A DNA stretch of 59,122 nt, counting the filler, from Squatina squatina (taxonomy: Eukaryota), in the NCBI GenBank assembly GCA_031763465.1. It is 4 parts of 3 records of this genome, joined end to end, with 100 filler letters (N's around TTAATTAATTAA, not from the genome) between each part and the next. Parts side by side here need not be neighbours in the genome. Positions count along the whole stretch, not along the records: positions 1 to 13,961 come from JARFOE010000004.1; 3 more parts are not named here. The stretch is one strand, 5' to 3'. Position 1 is the stretch's first letter, and each line of letters starts with the position of its first letter. Shown piece by piece: positions 1 to 12,678 of this stretch. Under the pieces are notes generated by a model, which was not told the origin of the DNA, did no database searches, and saw only the letters and a program-made list of their open reading frames with translations. Both the position numbers and the translations under genes were made by a program.

Positions 1-172
1 GGCGCTGTAGTGTTAGAATGTTTTCTCCACTCCAGCTTTTATCCATTTCCTCCCGCATGGATTCAGACTGTTATGGTGAGGGAATCTCATTATTCGTTAA
101 TCCTTGCAATCATGAAGGATGTATGGAAGAAAAAAATATGGAATATGTGTCAAAATAACAGAACCACCTTAC

Positions 173-298
173 CTACAGATGCCAGCACAGCAACAGCTAT
201 GATGAGACAACTAAAGAATATGTACAGCACTTTCACAGCCAGACTCAATGACCACGCAGTTTGGCATCTGCAACAGCCAGGTCTTGAAGTCCTCTCTG
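173..298 (-). CDS. SCARA3: SCARA3 (scavenger receptor class A member 3) internal exon, cytoplasmic end plus TM helix
   Basis: Manual minus-strand translation ERTSRPGCCRCQTAWSLSLAVKVLYIFFSCLIIAVAVLASV resembles recalled human SCARA3 [40 protein letters not shown]. GTAAG donor at 172-168; tandem AAG/CAG acceptor (start 298 or 295, both in frame). Not in the ORF track. Confidence 0.85.
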
Positions 299-942
299 CT
301 TCATTAGAAAACAAAATTATGTCTGTAAGTTAAGGTGAAAAAAAAAATCATAATTGCATTTACTGTGAGTACTTCTGTAAATTTTTTACATAAAATAGCA
401 ATTTTGGTTGCCTACTGGTTAAAACTTGAATGACCCTTCAATTATACTTTTCTTTTAGTGCAAGTTGGAGAATCTTTATCTGAAAAAGTGACTTTCCAAA
501 CTTTTTTTTTTTGTTGGGGACGAGGCAGAGGTTTTGATGACACAGCTGGAGAATGCATTATCTTCCATCCAGTGTTGGCATCAAGGACTCTCAAGTCAGA
601 GATAAAAGTCTTAAGTGGAATACATTTGTGTAGTCCCAGCCCACTACTGCTGCCCCACAGAAAAAACTAGTCCATGTCACTTATAATATAAATTAAATGC
701 ACAGTTCAGCTAGTCTTCCCAAACAAGGAGGTAGATTCTGAGGTGGAAATTGGGCAGTAGTACNNNNNNNNNNNNNNNNNNNNNNNNNNNNNNNNNNNNN
801 NNNNNNNNNNNNNNNNNNNNNNNNNNNNNNNNNNNNNNNNNNNNNNNNNNNNNNNNNNNNNNNATCACTTATCATGAGTGTTTTAGAAATGGAAAAATGT
901 GCAACAAAAAAAGCTGAGTGAATAAACTTGCTAGCAAAATGA

Positions 943-1036
943 ACTGCAGATAGAAAAACACTAACCTTTCATGTTCTGTAATTATATTCTAAATGCACTA
1001 ACCTTTCATGTTCTGTAATTATATTCTATCTGCAGT
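943..1036. repeat. 33-bp direct duplication flanked by a 13-bp perfect inverted repeat
   Basis: CACTAACCTTTCATGTTCTGTAATTATATTCTA occurs twice (from about 958 and 996). ACTGCAGATAGAA (943-955) is the reverse complement of TTCTATCTGCAGT (1024-1036). Confidence 0.85.
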
Positions 1037-2766
1037 AAACGCCTGTTGCATCTCACCGTCACGCAACAACTTTCTTTGAAAAGTTAACCAGACGAGAACT
1101 TCCTGTAATACAGTAAAGATTTAGGATAACGTTGCAATGGACACATGCACAGATACATACAATTTGTTGCAAAAAAAATCCCCTGAACGAACCGTCTGTA
1201 ACTACAAATTTAAACATGTATCGTTGCATTTATATACATATATATATATTTCAAAAGATTAAAGCGGTTTTTGAATTACTTTTTTTCAAAAAAAAAGCAC
1301 GTCATGATTACATACCTACTTGTTTTCAGCTAAGTTTCCTTCATGAAAACATGTCTGGGAAACGCAGACTGCAACTCAAACCTTCTGCTAATCCTTCTTG
1401 TTCTGGAGCCTGAATAAACTTCCTCTCTGAAAAAAACAAGCTGAATGTTTTTGCCCAACAGGCGACATGTTTCCCGTTCGGAGAGCCGTGACCTCGGCTC
1501 GTTTTACTCAAACATTTTCAGAGAGGTTTGCACCAGCGAACGACCATGGTGTGAGCCTGCAGGGTAACCACACTAGGGCAATGCTAATTGTTAACAAATG
1601 TCTGAATTGGGAAGGGGAAAACAGTTCACATTGACAAATGTGCAGATTACAACTATTCAAGAATGAAGAAGTTGTGCTAATTGTTCATTTGAACTAAAGT
1701 GCCAAAATTGTTAAAAAAAAACAATGTAGGAGATAAGAGAGCAGCCGACAGGAGCCCGTGCGAACGCCCACAAGCCATCCCTGTCACACCAACCTCCCAA
1801 AAAAACATTTATTAAAACGCCGGTTCTCGCCAATGTATTAAAAACTATACTGAATGTAATGCTTTTGAACATCTCCAACAACTCGGGCAAAAAGGAATCA
1901 GAAATGATTGTAGTCGAGATGTGCACTTCGATCAATAATTTTGATTTCAGGAAAGTTCTTGTTCTGGCGTCTTGGGACGTTTCACTGCGAGAAAGGCGCT
2001 AAAGAAATACAAACTGCCGGTGGGGGGAGAGTCAGGACAAACAGAGGGGCCAGCGTTGTGAAGAGACCCCCGTGTGAAGGCGGCCAGCCGGGCCGAGCTG
2101 GACTGAGCCCAGAAGCCGGGGTTATGGTGCCCGCTGTCGGGTCGGACTGAGCCCAGAGGCCGGTGTCGTGGTGCCCACTGCTGGATCCAGGCAGCAGCTG
2201 CACCGAACCGCCTGCTGCATTCCACTCATTTGTTCTGTTTTTTTTCTCTCGCTCTCTCTCCTTGGGAACAGACAACTCCATCTAGACTTTTCCAGAAAGA
2301 CCCAGAAACCTATTCAACATTGCGTATCGGTGACTCAACAGAAATGTAAATGTAACCTTGAGTCGCAGGATAAAAGGGTCCAGGACCGCTGTGCGGAGCG
2401 GAGATCAGCAAGGGCAGGGACAGGCTTCTGTGCAAGGTATGGGCGCAAGAAAAGGTTTGGCTTTTTTTTTTAAAAAACAATTGCTGCTGGTTTAAGAGGG
2501 GACTGCTAGTGATGCGGTGTAAAAAGAAAAATAGCTTCTTTTAAACAACAGTAAATATTTGTCTATTTAAATGATCTGATTTGGTAATATATTATAAAAT
2601 TTAGAATATAAAGAGTATATATGAACGATCAGCAACATAAAGATTTAGCATATTAGCAAAATTATTNNNNNNNNNNNNNNNNNNNNNNNNNNNNNNNNNN
2701 NNNNNNNNNNNNNNNNNNNNNNNNNNNNNNNNNNNNNNNNNNNNNNNNNNNNNNNNNNNNNNNNNN

Positions 2767-3530
2767 TTAGTGGTGCACTCTTGCCTCTGAGTCAGAAGGC
2801 TATGGGTTCAAAGCCCCCACCCACTGTAAAGACTTGAGCATAATCCAGGCTGGCACTTCACTGCAGTACAGAGCAAGTTCTGCACTGTCTTTTGGATGAG
2901 ACATTAAACCAAGCCCCACTGCCTTCTCGGGTGGATGTAAAAGATCCCATGCCACTATTTGAAGAAGAGCAAGGGAGTTCTCCCAGTCTACTGGCCACTA
3001 TTTATCCCTCATGACTGTCAACATCACTAAAACAAATTATTTGGTCATTATCTCATTGCCGTTTGTGGGACCTTGCTGTGCCAAAATTGGCTGCTGCATT
3101 TCCTACACTACACCAGTGCCTGTGTCCTTTGAGACGACATTAGCTGTGAGCTAAGATCACATAACAGGGTGGGCCACAAGAAGGCTGTCATCATCCACCC
3201 GAACCGGTCATGGTAAATGCTGCCACCTTCTCCATAGATGGAAAATTAAAGCATCTCCATCATGCGACTGTGGAGTTCCAAATCAGACCCTGGAGCACAT
3301 CATTGAGCACTGCCCTCAGAGGAAATTCACAGGCAGCCTACAGGATATCCACGCTGTTATACTGGAAGCTATGGCCTGGATATCTGACTTAGATATTGAC
3401 ATTTGATTTGCTTTGCTACTACCATACGAAAGAAGAAGACCACACTTCAAAAGTACTTTATTTGGTTGTACAGCACTTCGGGACATCCTAAGGTTGCGAA
3501 AGGCAATCAATGCAAGTCCTTTCCTTTTTT
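2767..3530 (+). mobile_element. tRNA-derived DeuSINE (SacSINE1-like), split by an insertion at about 3119-3439
   Basis: tRNA-like head (GGGTTCAAAGCC B box) and Deu-domain core GTGGATGTAAAAGATCCCATG...GAAGAAGAGCA. The tail CACACTTCAAAAGTAC...AATGCAAGTCCTTTC resumes after 3439, collinear with the intact copy at 26134-26583. Confidence 0.8.
3119..3439 (+). mobile_element. Vingi/Ingi-type LINE 3' end (ORF2 C-terminal CCHC zinc knuckle) nested in the SINE
   Basis: 3200-3406 translates RTGHGKCCHLLHRWKIKASPSCDCGVPNQTLEHIIEHCPQRKFTGSLQDIHAVILEAMAWISDLDIDI*, with a CxC...HxxxxC motif, followed by a CCATACGAAAGAAGAAGA tail. Confidence 0.7.
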
Positions 3531-4834
3531 GTAATACCTTAAATTAAATTCTTCTTGTGAGATACTGAGGTGTTGCCAGGGTGATAGCTCCTATATTAAG
3601 AAATAGGTGGGGATGAAGGGAAAGATAATTGCTCTGAACAAAATTGTCTATCTGCTAAATTATTAGCAGTGCTTCATGTCTGTTCATGTCCATGCAATTG
3701 CTGTGTTTTGCATCACAAACTATTAAGCATATCCATTCTTTTTAAATTGTGGAAGGAAAGAAAATAACTTGAGAATTAAGATCCTTGGTAAACATTCATC
3801 AAAATCATAAAAATAACACAAACCTATATTTCAAATCTCTCAAGTATCTGAGTCAGAAGCCTGAATGTGATCTGATGTGGGGTGATAATTACATAGCACA
3901 TCATAGACCTTTCCTTGCTCAGCCCAGGGGCCCATGATTTGTAGCAATTCTCGGAACTCTTCTAAGGAAGAATTATTTCGAGAGCAATATCTATAAGCCA
4001 GATAGAATTAGTGCTTAACTGCTAGTTATGATCAGCTAGTTATTATTTTAGTATTGTTTATCAACCNNNNNNNNNNNNNNNNNNNNNNNNNNNNNNNNNN
4101 NNNNNNNNNNNNNNNNNNNNNNNNNNNNNNNNNNNNNNNNNNNNNNNNNNNNNNNNNNNNNNNNNNNNNNNNNNNNNNNNNNNNNNNNNNNNNNNNNNNN
4201 NNNNNNNNNNNNNNNNNNNNNNNNNNNNNNNNNNNNNNNNNNNNNNNNNNNNNNNNNNNNNNNNNNNNNNNNNNNNNNNNNNNNNNNNNNNNNNNNNNNN
4301 NNNNNNNNNNNNNNNNNNNNNNNNNNNNNNNNNNNNNNNNNNNNNNNNNNNNNNNNNNNNNNNNNNNNNNNNNNNNNNNNNNNNNNNNNNNNNNNNNNNN
4401 NNNNNNNNNNNNNNNNNNNNNNNNNNNNNNNNNNNNNNNNNNNNNNNNNNNNNNNNNNNNNNNNNNNNNNNNNNNNNNNNNNNNNNNNNNNNNNNNNNNN
4501 NNNNNNNNNNNNNNNNNNNNNNNNNNNNNNNNNNNNNNNNNNNNNNNNNNNNNNNNNNNNNNNNNNNNNNNNNNNNNNNNNNNNNNNNNNNNNNNNNNNN
4601 NNNNNNNNNNNNNNNNNNNNNNNNNNNNNNNNNNNNNNNNNNNNNNNNNNNNNNNNNNNNNNNNNNNNNNNNNNNNNNTTGCCTACCTAAAATCTGATGT
4701 CCTGACATGAAAGGTGCTATACCAAAATATTTTTAAAAATCTATTATGTACAATTCATTTCCTATTAAAGGTACTCATGTTCATGGATGGACTGGAGGGG
4801 AGCAATATGTTGGAACATAAATGAAGAATGAAAA

Positions 4835-4952
4835 CTAGAATGTTTAAAGCAACAGGGAGTAGTTGAGGCAAATAGCATAGATGCATTTAAGGGGAAGCTA
4901 GGTAAGCATATGAGGGAGAAGGGGTGGAGGGTTATGCTGATAGAGTTAGATG
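4835..4952 (+). mobile_element. CR1-type LINE 3' fragment
   Basis: CAGGGAGTAGTTGAGGCAAATAGCATAGATGCATTTAAGGGGAAGCTAG is the typical CR1 ORF2 C-terminus; similar to 29230-29590. Confidence 0.65.
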
Positions 4953-5619
4953 TTGTAATGGGCAAGAAAAACAAAATTAGATGAAAATTAATAAATTCAA
5001 GCTAGAAAAAGCAATATAAGTATAGAAAAAAAATGTTAATATAAAAGAAAATTCCTCTACTAATCCTGATTCTGTTTGTTATAAACAAAACATTTTACAG
5101 GGGGAATTTCTGACCTATCCTATTTTATAGTACTTACAATTGGAAACTAAGGAATTATTTCGGGAGTCGATTGAAAGGCAATTTACGCTGTGCATTGACA
5201 AGATTTTTAAAAGTTGCTTTTAGTTATAGAGAAGGCTCTTTCTTCTTTCAGACGTATGCCCAGAAAGTTCCTTCATCCTGCTAACATCCTACTAGTTTCC
5301 AAATTAGACATTAACAAAGTAGAATTGTGAACAGTCACCCATCTATTAATAATAAGCAGCATGACATTATCTTAATGATTGGGATTTTTCTATGACTCAT
5401 TTGTTTTTCTCTTCTTCATTTCAGAGTGTTTTGACATGGATCACAAACCTCTGCGAAAGGAGTTTNNNNNNNNNNNNNNNNNNNNNNNNNNNNNNNNNNN
5501 NNNNNNNNNNNNNNNNNNNNNNNNNNNNNNNNNNNNNNNNNNNNNNNNNNNNNNNNNNNNNNNNNAGTGCGTAATACAATTAAATGTTTTAAAGTGACTT
5601 TTGCTTGCCTCTTTTCTAG

Positions 5620-5839
5620 CTTGTTCCCTATCTGCAGTCTAACCTGACTGATTTTAAGCATCTTGAAATCCTGAACTTCAGAAACGGTAGCATCATAGTG
5701 AACAGTCGCATGAAGTTTGCCAAGCCTGTTCCACAGGATGTTACCAATGCAGTTTACCTAATCCTGGATGAATTCTGCAACACAGCATACCAAACTATGA
5801 ACCTTGCCATTGATAGATTTTCTCTGGATGTCGAGTCAG
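5620..5839 (+). CDS. IMPG2: IMPG2 (interphotoreceptor matrix proteoglycan 2) internal exon, second SEA domain
   Basis: 220-nt exon, TTTTCTAG acceptor and GTAAAC donor. Encodes [74 protein letters not shown], closer to recalled IMPG2 ([23 protein letters not shown]) than to IMPG1. Confidence 0.9.
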
Positions 5840-7795
5840 GTAAACTGTTTCCACTATTTTCAGCTTGTTCCCTTAATGTTTATTTTTGTGACTTCATTTG
5901 GATAGATGAGAATGGTCTGAACCATGATTTCTTTGTGACCATGACTAATTCTAAGGTATGACCAATAAGCAGAAGGTATAGACCTAGGTGATCAGATCAA
6001 TACTTTCATCCATCTTGCTGCAGTGCAGTGCATTGTTGAGTTGCTTGGCTAAGTTTCATGGAACTTGCCCAGTCAAGTGAAGTGTTCAGGTGATGGGACA
6101 TGAACTATTGGGGTCTGTTCTATTGGAAGTCAAGTACTGCTTCCATTTTAGCTGCTTGCTATCTCTTCTGGTTCTTTGATTTTGTCATTGTTGAAAATTG
6201 GATAAGGAAAGCAAATAATGACATAACATATGACATTGTTTATGATATAGATCTATGTCAGCAATGTTACATGTGCAAGTTATGTGATCAGCATAGAATC
6301 CTTCAATAGATACACAGATGAATATATACTGACTAGGAATAAGCAACAAACTTGAAATGGGAATGAAAATTTATCCAAATTTAACACTTAAGGTATATCT
6401 TCATTGATAGTCACCTTGCATGATTTGGATTCCCATTTTCTCTTTCTTCTTCCACGCATTCAATGAGAACAAATGCTGCAAGGTGTCATGCTGGCCTTTC
6501 TATGGTCACATGAAGGTCACCAGTAAACCGCTTTTCAATTCTGTTGGATAATTTGGTGGGGATTTTGAGATGTAAAAATGTTTTCATTAGTAGCAAAACA
6601 CTCTCTCCTACGGTACTGTCTGTTTGTGTCACAGGCTGCCTAGAATTTGAAGAGAAGGACCATGTTTGGGGTAAAGACTGTAGGAGCTAGATCCCTAAGT
6701 CCACCAACCTTTTAGAGTACAGCAGCTTCAATGTAAACTGTTTCGGGGGCTGATATTTTGGACATGCATGTCTGGCTCCTCTGCTACATCACTAATAGGA
6801 TTTAAATAATCCAAATTCTTCTGAATGCTCATCCCTGGCATCGTGCTTGTAATAGTTACGTAACAGTCGGGTGATTAAACAGGGTTCTGTGGAGTTCATA
6901 GGGATTATATAGAGATAGAATTGAAGGCAGGTTTTAGAATTGGCTAAATATGTTTACAATTCTCTTATGACTTATTATTTGTGAACTTACTAAACATGAA
7001 AATACCGCATTTATAAACCAGGACTTGGAGTGTAAACAAAAAGTGGCCCTATTTTTAAAAATGTTTGTCTAAGTCATTAGGGGAGGCTTCCTATTTGTTG
7101 CACCTGGGGAATGCTCAGTGAAGACCCGTCTATTTCAGTTTTCCAACTGTGCTTTGCTGGGACTTCCTCAGCATTTCCAGATGGGTACAGCTGGGCCTTC
7201 ATTTCTAGCTTGTCTGATAGTTGGATCCAACAGTCCTATATCCACAGGATTAAAGGCCAAAGAAACCAGGTAATGGTATTTGTGTGGGGACTCTGTGGAC
7301 TGGAGGGTCTGCAGGGGTCCCTGGAGAACCCAAAAGATTTTGCTGGCATGTTTATTTTTAGTGGCTTCATCTCTCCATAGGACAATCTATAAACCTTTGG
7401 ACTTCTGACTGCTGTTCTGTAGTAATCAGAAGGTCCTGATACCAGTGGACAGAAGCATAGCGGCATACCATCAGGAGGCAAGCTGCAAAATTTTAAATTC
7501 AAGGGCACCTCTTTCGTTGCAGGCGCAGGGCACCTCCAGTACATTGTGCCCTCAAAATCCAAGTCAGTTGTATTGCATTATAATCATTCCTGCAATATGT
7601 AATATTGCAGTCTACAAAGCATCATTAAATTGCAATCCTTACAACCACACTTCTCTATCAGCTATTCCAATTGAGTAAAAAGCAATCAGATTATTTCAAT
7701 TATAAAAAAAGAGGCAAACCTTGCCAAATCACTGTTGAAAAGAAAGACATTATCCACACAAACTATTATAAACTGAAAACTTTATTCCATTAGTT

Positions 7796-8268
7796 TCATG
7801 GGCTATTATTTATGGAGTCTTTATTGTCAGTCAATAATGGTTCCCTTGCAGAATCTTCCTCCATACGCTCCTGGCACCAGGGAAGCTTTGCTAGGACTGG
7901 CTTATGGAACCCATTGTAGAGCGCTGCACCTGCCAGCAGGATGAAAAAGCCTAGGATCTGGAGACCATGGAATTGCTCCCAACCCACTGAGAGGCTCACT
8001 ACCCAGATTATTATGGTCCGAAGACTGTCCAGAACCATCCGTGTGGTTGCACTGATTTCCTTTGTGACACTAATACCAGCAAAGTTGAAGAATGCAATGC
8101 TTAAAATGTTTCCCAAGAGGGCCAAAAAAATTAATGGTTTTATCCCTATTTGACAGAAAGCATCAAGTGCATCTTCAAGGACACCTCTGGGGTTGCCACC
8201 AAAATGGCCCACAGGGATATAGTACATTGGAATCAACAGAAGGGTCAGGATGATGAATCCAAACATTC
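7796..8268 (-). CDS. SLC35F6: SLC35F6 terminal coding exon
   Basis: Poly-T/AG acceptor at 8270-8269, then GMFGFIILTLLLIPMYYIPVG...EDALDAFCQ...SIAFFNFAGISVTKEISATTRMVLDSLRT...REPLL...NSP*, characteristic of SLC35F6. Confidence 0.92.
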
Positions 8269-10009
8269 CTAAAAAAAAAAGAGGGGGAAAAAAAAAATTA
8301 CAAAATGGATAGGAAGGTTTGAAAGCCAGCAACAAGTAATGAGAACAGACATTTCACAAGTGAGTTACAGATCTCAAGTACAAGGGAAAAAAAAGCTAGA
8401 AAATTTTGTATGTGGCATTTCCCACTGATGGACATTCTTGGAATTAGAACCATGCTACACTTTTGTACTAATATTCAAGACTAGAGTGTACTAGATTACC
8501 ACTTGACCCAACAAATGTGCCCTGTTTTAGTGGGCAAACAGTGGCGTCAGTCACAGTGTCCAATAGCAAAGATGAATGACTAGCTATGTATAAATTTTGC
8601 CCCCTTGTATATTAACCTAATCCATTTCTAGAAGAACTTAAATTGGCATTGTGCCACTGTTAATACCATATAACAAAGCTATTTACCAGTGAGTAAGCCA
8701 GGAGCCATACTCTGTTCACCATTAGTGGAATGGGTTGTTTGTGGAGTTGGAAGAGGAAGTGAAAGGATAGCAATATTCATTGACATATAGAAATACATGC
8801 AAATTAAAGTTATNNNNNNNNNNNNNNNNNNNNNNNNNNNNNNNNNNNNNNNNNNNNNNNNNNNNNNNNNNNNNNNNNNNNNNNNNNNNNNNNNNNNNNN
8901 NNNNNNNNNNNNNCCAGATTCTTCCTTAGTTTCTTAAATCTGTGCCAAATTGACCTAAGACAATATAGTGAGCACTTTTCCACGTAGTGACATTGTCAGT
9001 TGGTTGGCCCATTTATTTTTGTCCCCCTTGTGTTGATTGGATAATAATTCAAATGCCCAGGTAATACCATCAACATCACTCCATCAAATGTTCTCCCTAA
9101 TGGAACTCCATGGACTATAAAACCTTTTATTTTTTTACAACAATGTATAAAGCTTGCAGCTATTATCTTGCTTCTGTACACTGCAAACACTGACAAATAA
9201 TATTACATAAAAAGCATCATAAGAGTATGATTGGCAAATCTTTTATCATTTGTTTGCAAACATATGATACGATGACGTAAATCATATTGAAATGCATTAT
9301 TACACCAGTTGCATGGGATGGCAATGTGGAGGAAATGATCCATAGCTCCTCTCGCCCAAGCAGAAAGCCTGTTTTTTCATGAATCTAGTGCCTCTTCAAA
9401 CAAAGACAGTCAGATTGTTTTTAGTAAACATTCCCAATTACCAAGGATTAGTGATTTTGTTATTCTTTTAAGTATCTCCAAAAATCTATGGTGTAGAATT
9501 AGTAATAGTAGAATATCTATTAATCAAAATAGTCATTTGATAACTGTTGAGCAAATCATTTTATTAAACTAAGAATTTTATTTACAATGAAGTATAGCAC
9601 AAAACATCTTCAGAAACAGCACACACAACGTTAGGTACTCTAGCATTATATGTAAAGTTATGTACAACATAGATTGAGACAATGCTACATGTGTTTATTT
9701 ATCCCAGTACATCATGGAAATATGCTTCATAATAACAAATAACATAGGAAAACAGATTGCCATTATGCAGTGTTGTCTTATCGGGCCTGTGCACTGGAAT
9801 GCAANNNNNNNNNNNNNNNNNNNNNNNNNNNNNNNNNNNNNNNNNNNNNNNNNNNNNNNNNNNNNNNNNNNNNNNNNNNNNNNNNNNNNNNNNNNNNNNN
9901 NNNNGTGTTGTCTTATCGGGCATGTGCACTGGAATGCAAAAGCTCAATGAACAACAATGAACATGAGCATTGTGCATTAATTGTTGAATGTCTATAGAGC
10001 TGTCGCAGT

Positions 10010-10118
10010 TTACAGCACAGAAGATGATCTTTCAGCTCATCAGTCTATGCTAGCTCTTTGCTGGAGCATTCCAAAAAGTAATCCCACCGTCCTGCTCTGT
10101 CCACATAGCCCTGTATCT
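10010..10118 (-). mobile_element. CR1-derived 3' tail fragment
   Basis: Reverse complement of the CAGGGCTATG...CTGTGCTGT tail also seen at 15270-15375 and 16414-16525. Confidence 0.55.
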
Positions 10119-11883
10119 TGCTGTACTTCAAGCAATGTTGACATATGGATCATCAATTATTGTACCATTTGCTGTTCATTATTGCTATTATAACTTGGAT
10201 GATCCCACACCCAGTTATAAAGAGAAATACACTCTATTTACAATGACAGGTGTGGTTTATTGTGCCTCAATACACAAGTTTTTGACCAATCATGCTTTAG
10301 GGCATTTTCAGAGGCACTACAAGTTTAAAACACCTCTCATGCAAGATTCATGCTAACTGTTCATCCACCTTACTTCCTCTAGCATGAATTACTGCTCTAA
10401 ATATGCAGCAGCAACTCACAGTGATGCACTGAGAATTTTGCATTTGTGAGTTCCTGTAGTTATATTCAACTATTCAATGTATAAGATTATGTTGTATGAG
10501 TCAATTTGAACATACATTTCAAGGTGATATGCTGTCAATCAGCATGCTCCTTTAATAGTTGTGAGGCACCTTTAAATTAATTAGAGGTGAGCCAATGTTT
10601 GGCTACAGAGGTACAGAGAAAGTGGTGGAATGGTTACAAAGTACCAGTTATGCCTGACTTTCAGATTAAAGGTGCAGTTTTGGCATTCACTTTCAGGGGG
10701 TTCTTTTATCAATCTATGCTGCCAGTGGGGAGTTTCACCCACCTGTAGTGCAAATCGTAAATTTAGGTGTGCGCTGCCCATGATTTTCTGAATATTAAAA
10801 TCATGGGCAATATACATCCAGATTTGTGCTGTCCCCATTGGCAGCTCACAAAATAACTCCCTGAAAATATAGATGTTACTATACCTACACGTGCTGCTCA
10901 CTTTAAGCACTGATTACTCTCAAAGGATCATCCCAGTAGAAGCAACTGTTACTTACTTTAACATAAAGGCCAAATAGGCAATGAACAGTTATTTTATTTT
11001 AGCACATACTGAGCATTTATTTGCAATGTCCATTATTGTTCTTCAAAATCAGTTTTCCTTGCCTCCTTCATTTAGTCTGCTCCAATATTCAGGGTCTAAA
11101 AACTCAACCTAATCACTACTGACTAGTTTACCCTATCTTCTCTTTCACCGTTATCAACCTTGGTTTCTTGCAGGATGCCAAACTCTAAGGCTGAGAGATT
11201 ATAAACACATAAATAACAGATATGTGCATGTACTGTATGACCTTGCAGGAAAGACAACTGGAAAATAAGTTAGATGTAATTGATTCCAAATAAGCCAGTT
11301 TTCATTCATCAGGTAAATATCGATCTTAAAATGTATAAATTTCTGGCAAAAACACTTATTTTGCACCATTTCTCATGTTTGCCATCTTCATCATATATTG
11401 AGAGTCCTGGATTCATTTTTGTTTCATTTTTCTCAGTCATTACGAGTTGCTTTTGACCGCCTTCTCTTTCTTTATTCGTTATGCTCCGTGAGTTCTACTG
11501 CCTCTTACCTTTGATGCTATTTGTTTATTCCATTCTCCCTTTCCACCCACACTCAAAAGGTCAAAAGACAAGCATCGATCAGAGGGCCACATGAGTTAGG
11601 GGATGGAAATTGAAATAGATGGTGAAAGTGGCAATGGGCAGTGGGCAGACGGAAAACACAGAGAGGGACTGGAAACTGCATAAGGGACAAATATATTGGG
11701 CCTGAAATTGCGATTGGAGGCTTCCTGCGTGCGGGTGCCTCTGATTGCAATTTTGTTTACGTACTTATCTAAGGGTGCTGGATNNNNNNNNNNNNNNNNN
11801 NNNNNNNNNNNNNNNNNNNNNNNNNNNNNNNNNNNNNNNNNNNNNNNNNNNNNNNNNNNNNNNNNNNNNNNNNNNNNNNNNNN

Positions 11884-12068
11884 AGACACTGAGACACAGA
11901 CAGGGACAGAGAAACACGGACACACACACACATAGACAGACACACACAGACACACAGACAGACACAGACACACAGGTGGAGACATAGACAGACACAGACA
12001 TAGATTCACAGAGACACAGACAGACACAGACAGGTAGAAATAGGGACAGACACAGACACGCACACGCA
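11884..12068. repeat. Degenerate (AC)n/(ACAG)n microsatellite
   Basis: Direct inspection: ACACAGACACACAGACAGACAC... Confidence 0.9.
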
Positions 12069-12197
12069 GACTGGCATGGTGACCAGTTAATAGAGACAGG
12101 GAGAGGACTGATTCTCACAGCTGCTGCCTGGCAGCAGTCGCTCTGGTTCCTCGAAGCTTTGGCTCGGAGCCAGACACAGAAGCTTTCNNNNNNNNNN

Positions 12198-12447
<250 letters not shown>

Positions 12448-12540
12448 CTATTAATATTCAGGACAGGAACACTTGACCTCCAACAATGTCCTTAAATTAA
12501 GATATAGTTTGAATTTAATCAATTAAAAGTATTGTGTGTC

Positions 12541-12678
12541 GGCCAGTGGCTCAGTGGTAACACACTCACCTCTGAGTCAGAAGGATGTGGGTTTAAGTCC
12601 CACTCCAGGGACTTGAGCACAGTATTCTAGGCTGACACTCCTGTGCAGTACTGAGGGAGTGCTGGACTGTCGGAGGGG
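12541..12678 (+). mobile_element. SacSINE1-like SINE 5' head
   Basis: A box TGGCTCAGTGG (12547-12557) and B-box-like GGTTTAAGTCC (12590-12600); collinear with 26134 onward. Confidence 0.8.

Noticed and set aside
10-333. Plus-strand 107-aa ORF
   Set aside because: Antisense shadow of the SCARA3 exon; no recognisable motif.
4054-4710. Long ORFs of 215-218 aa (also 281-290 aa at 57574-58446)
   Set aside because: Almost entirely N (X residues).
7941-8153. Plus-strand ORFs overlapping SLC35F6 (and 55596-55901 over TAF1C)
   Set aside because: Antisense shadows of real coding exons.
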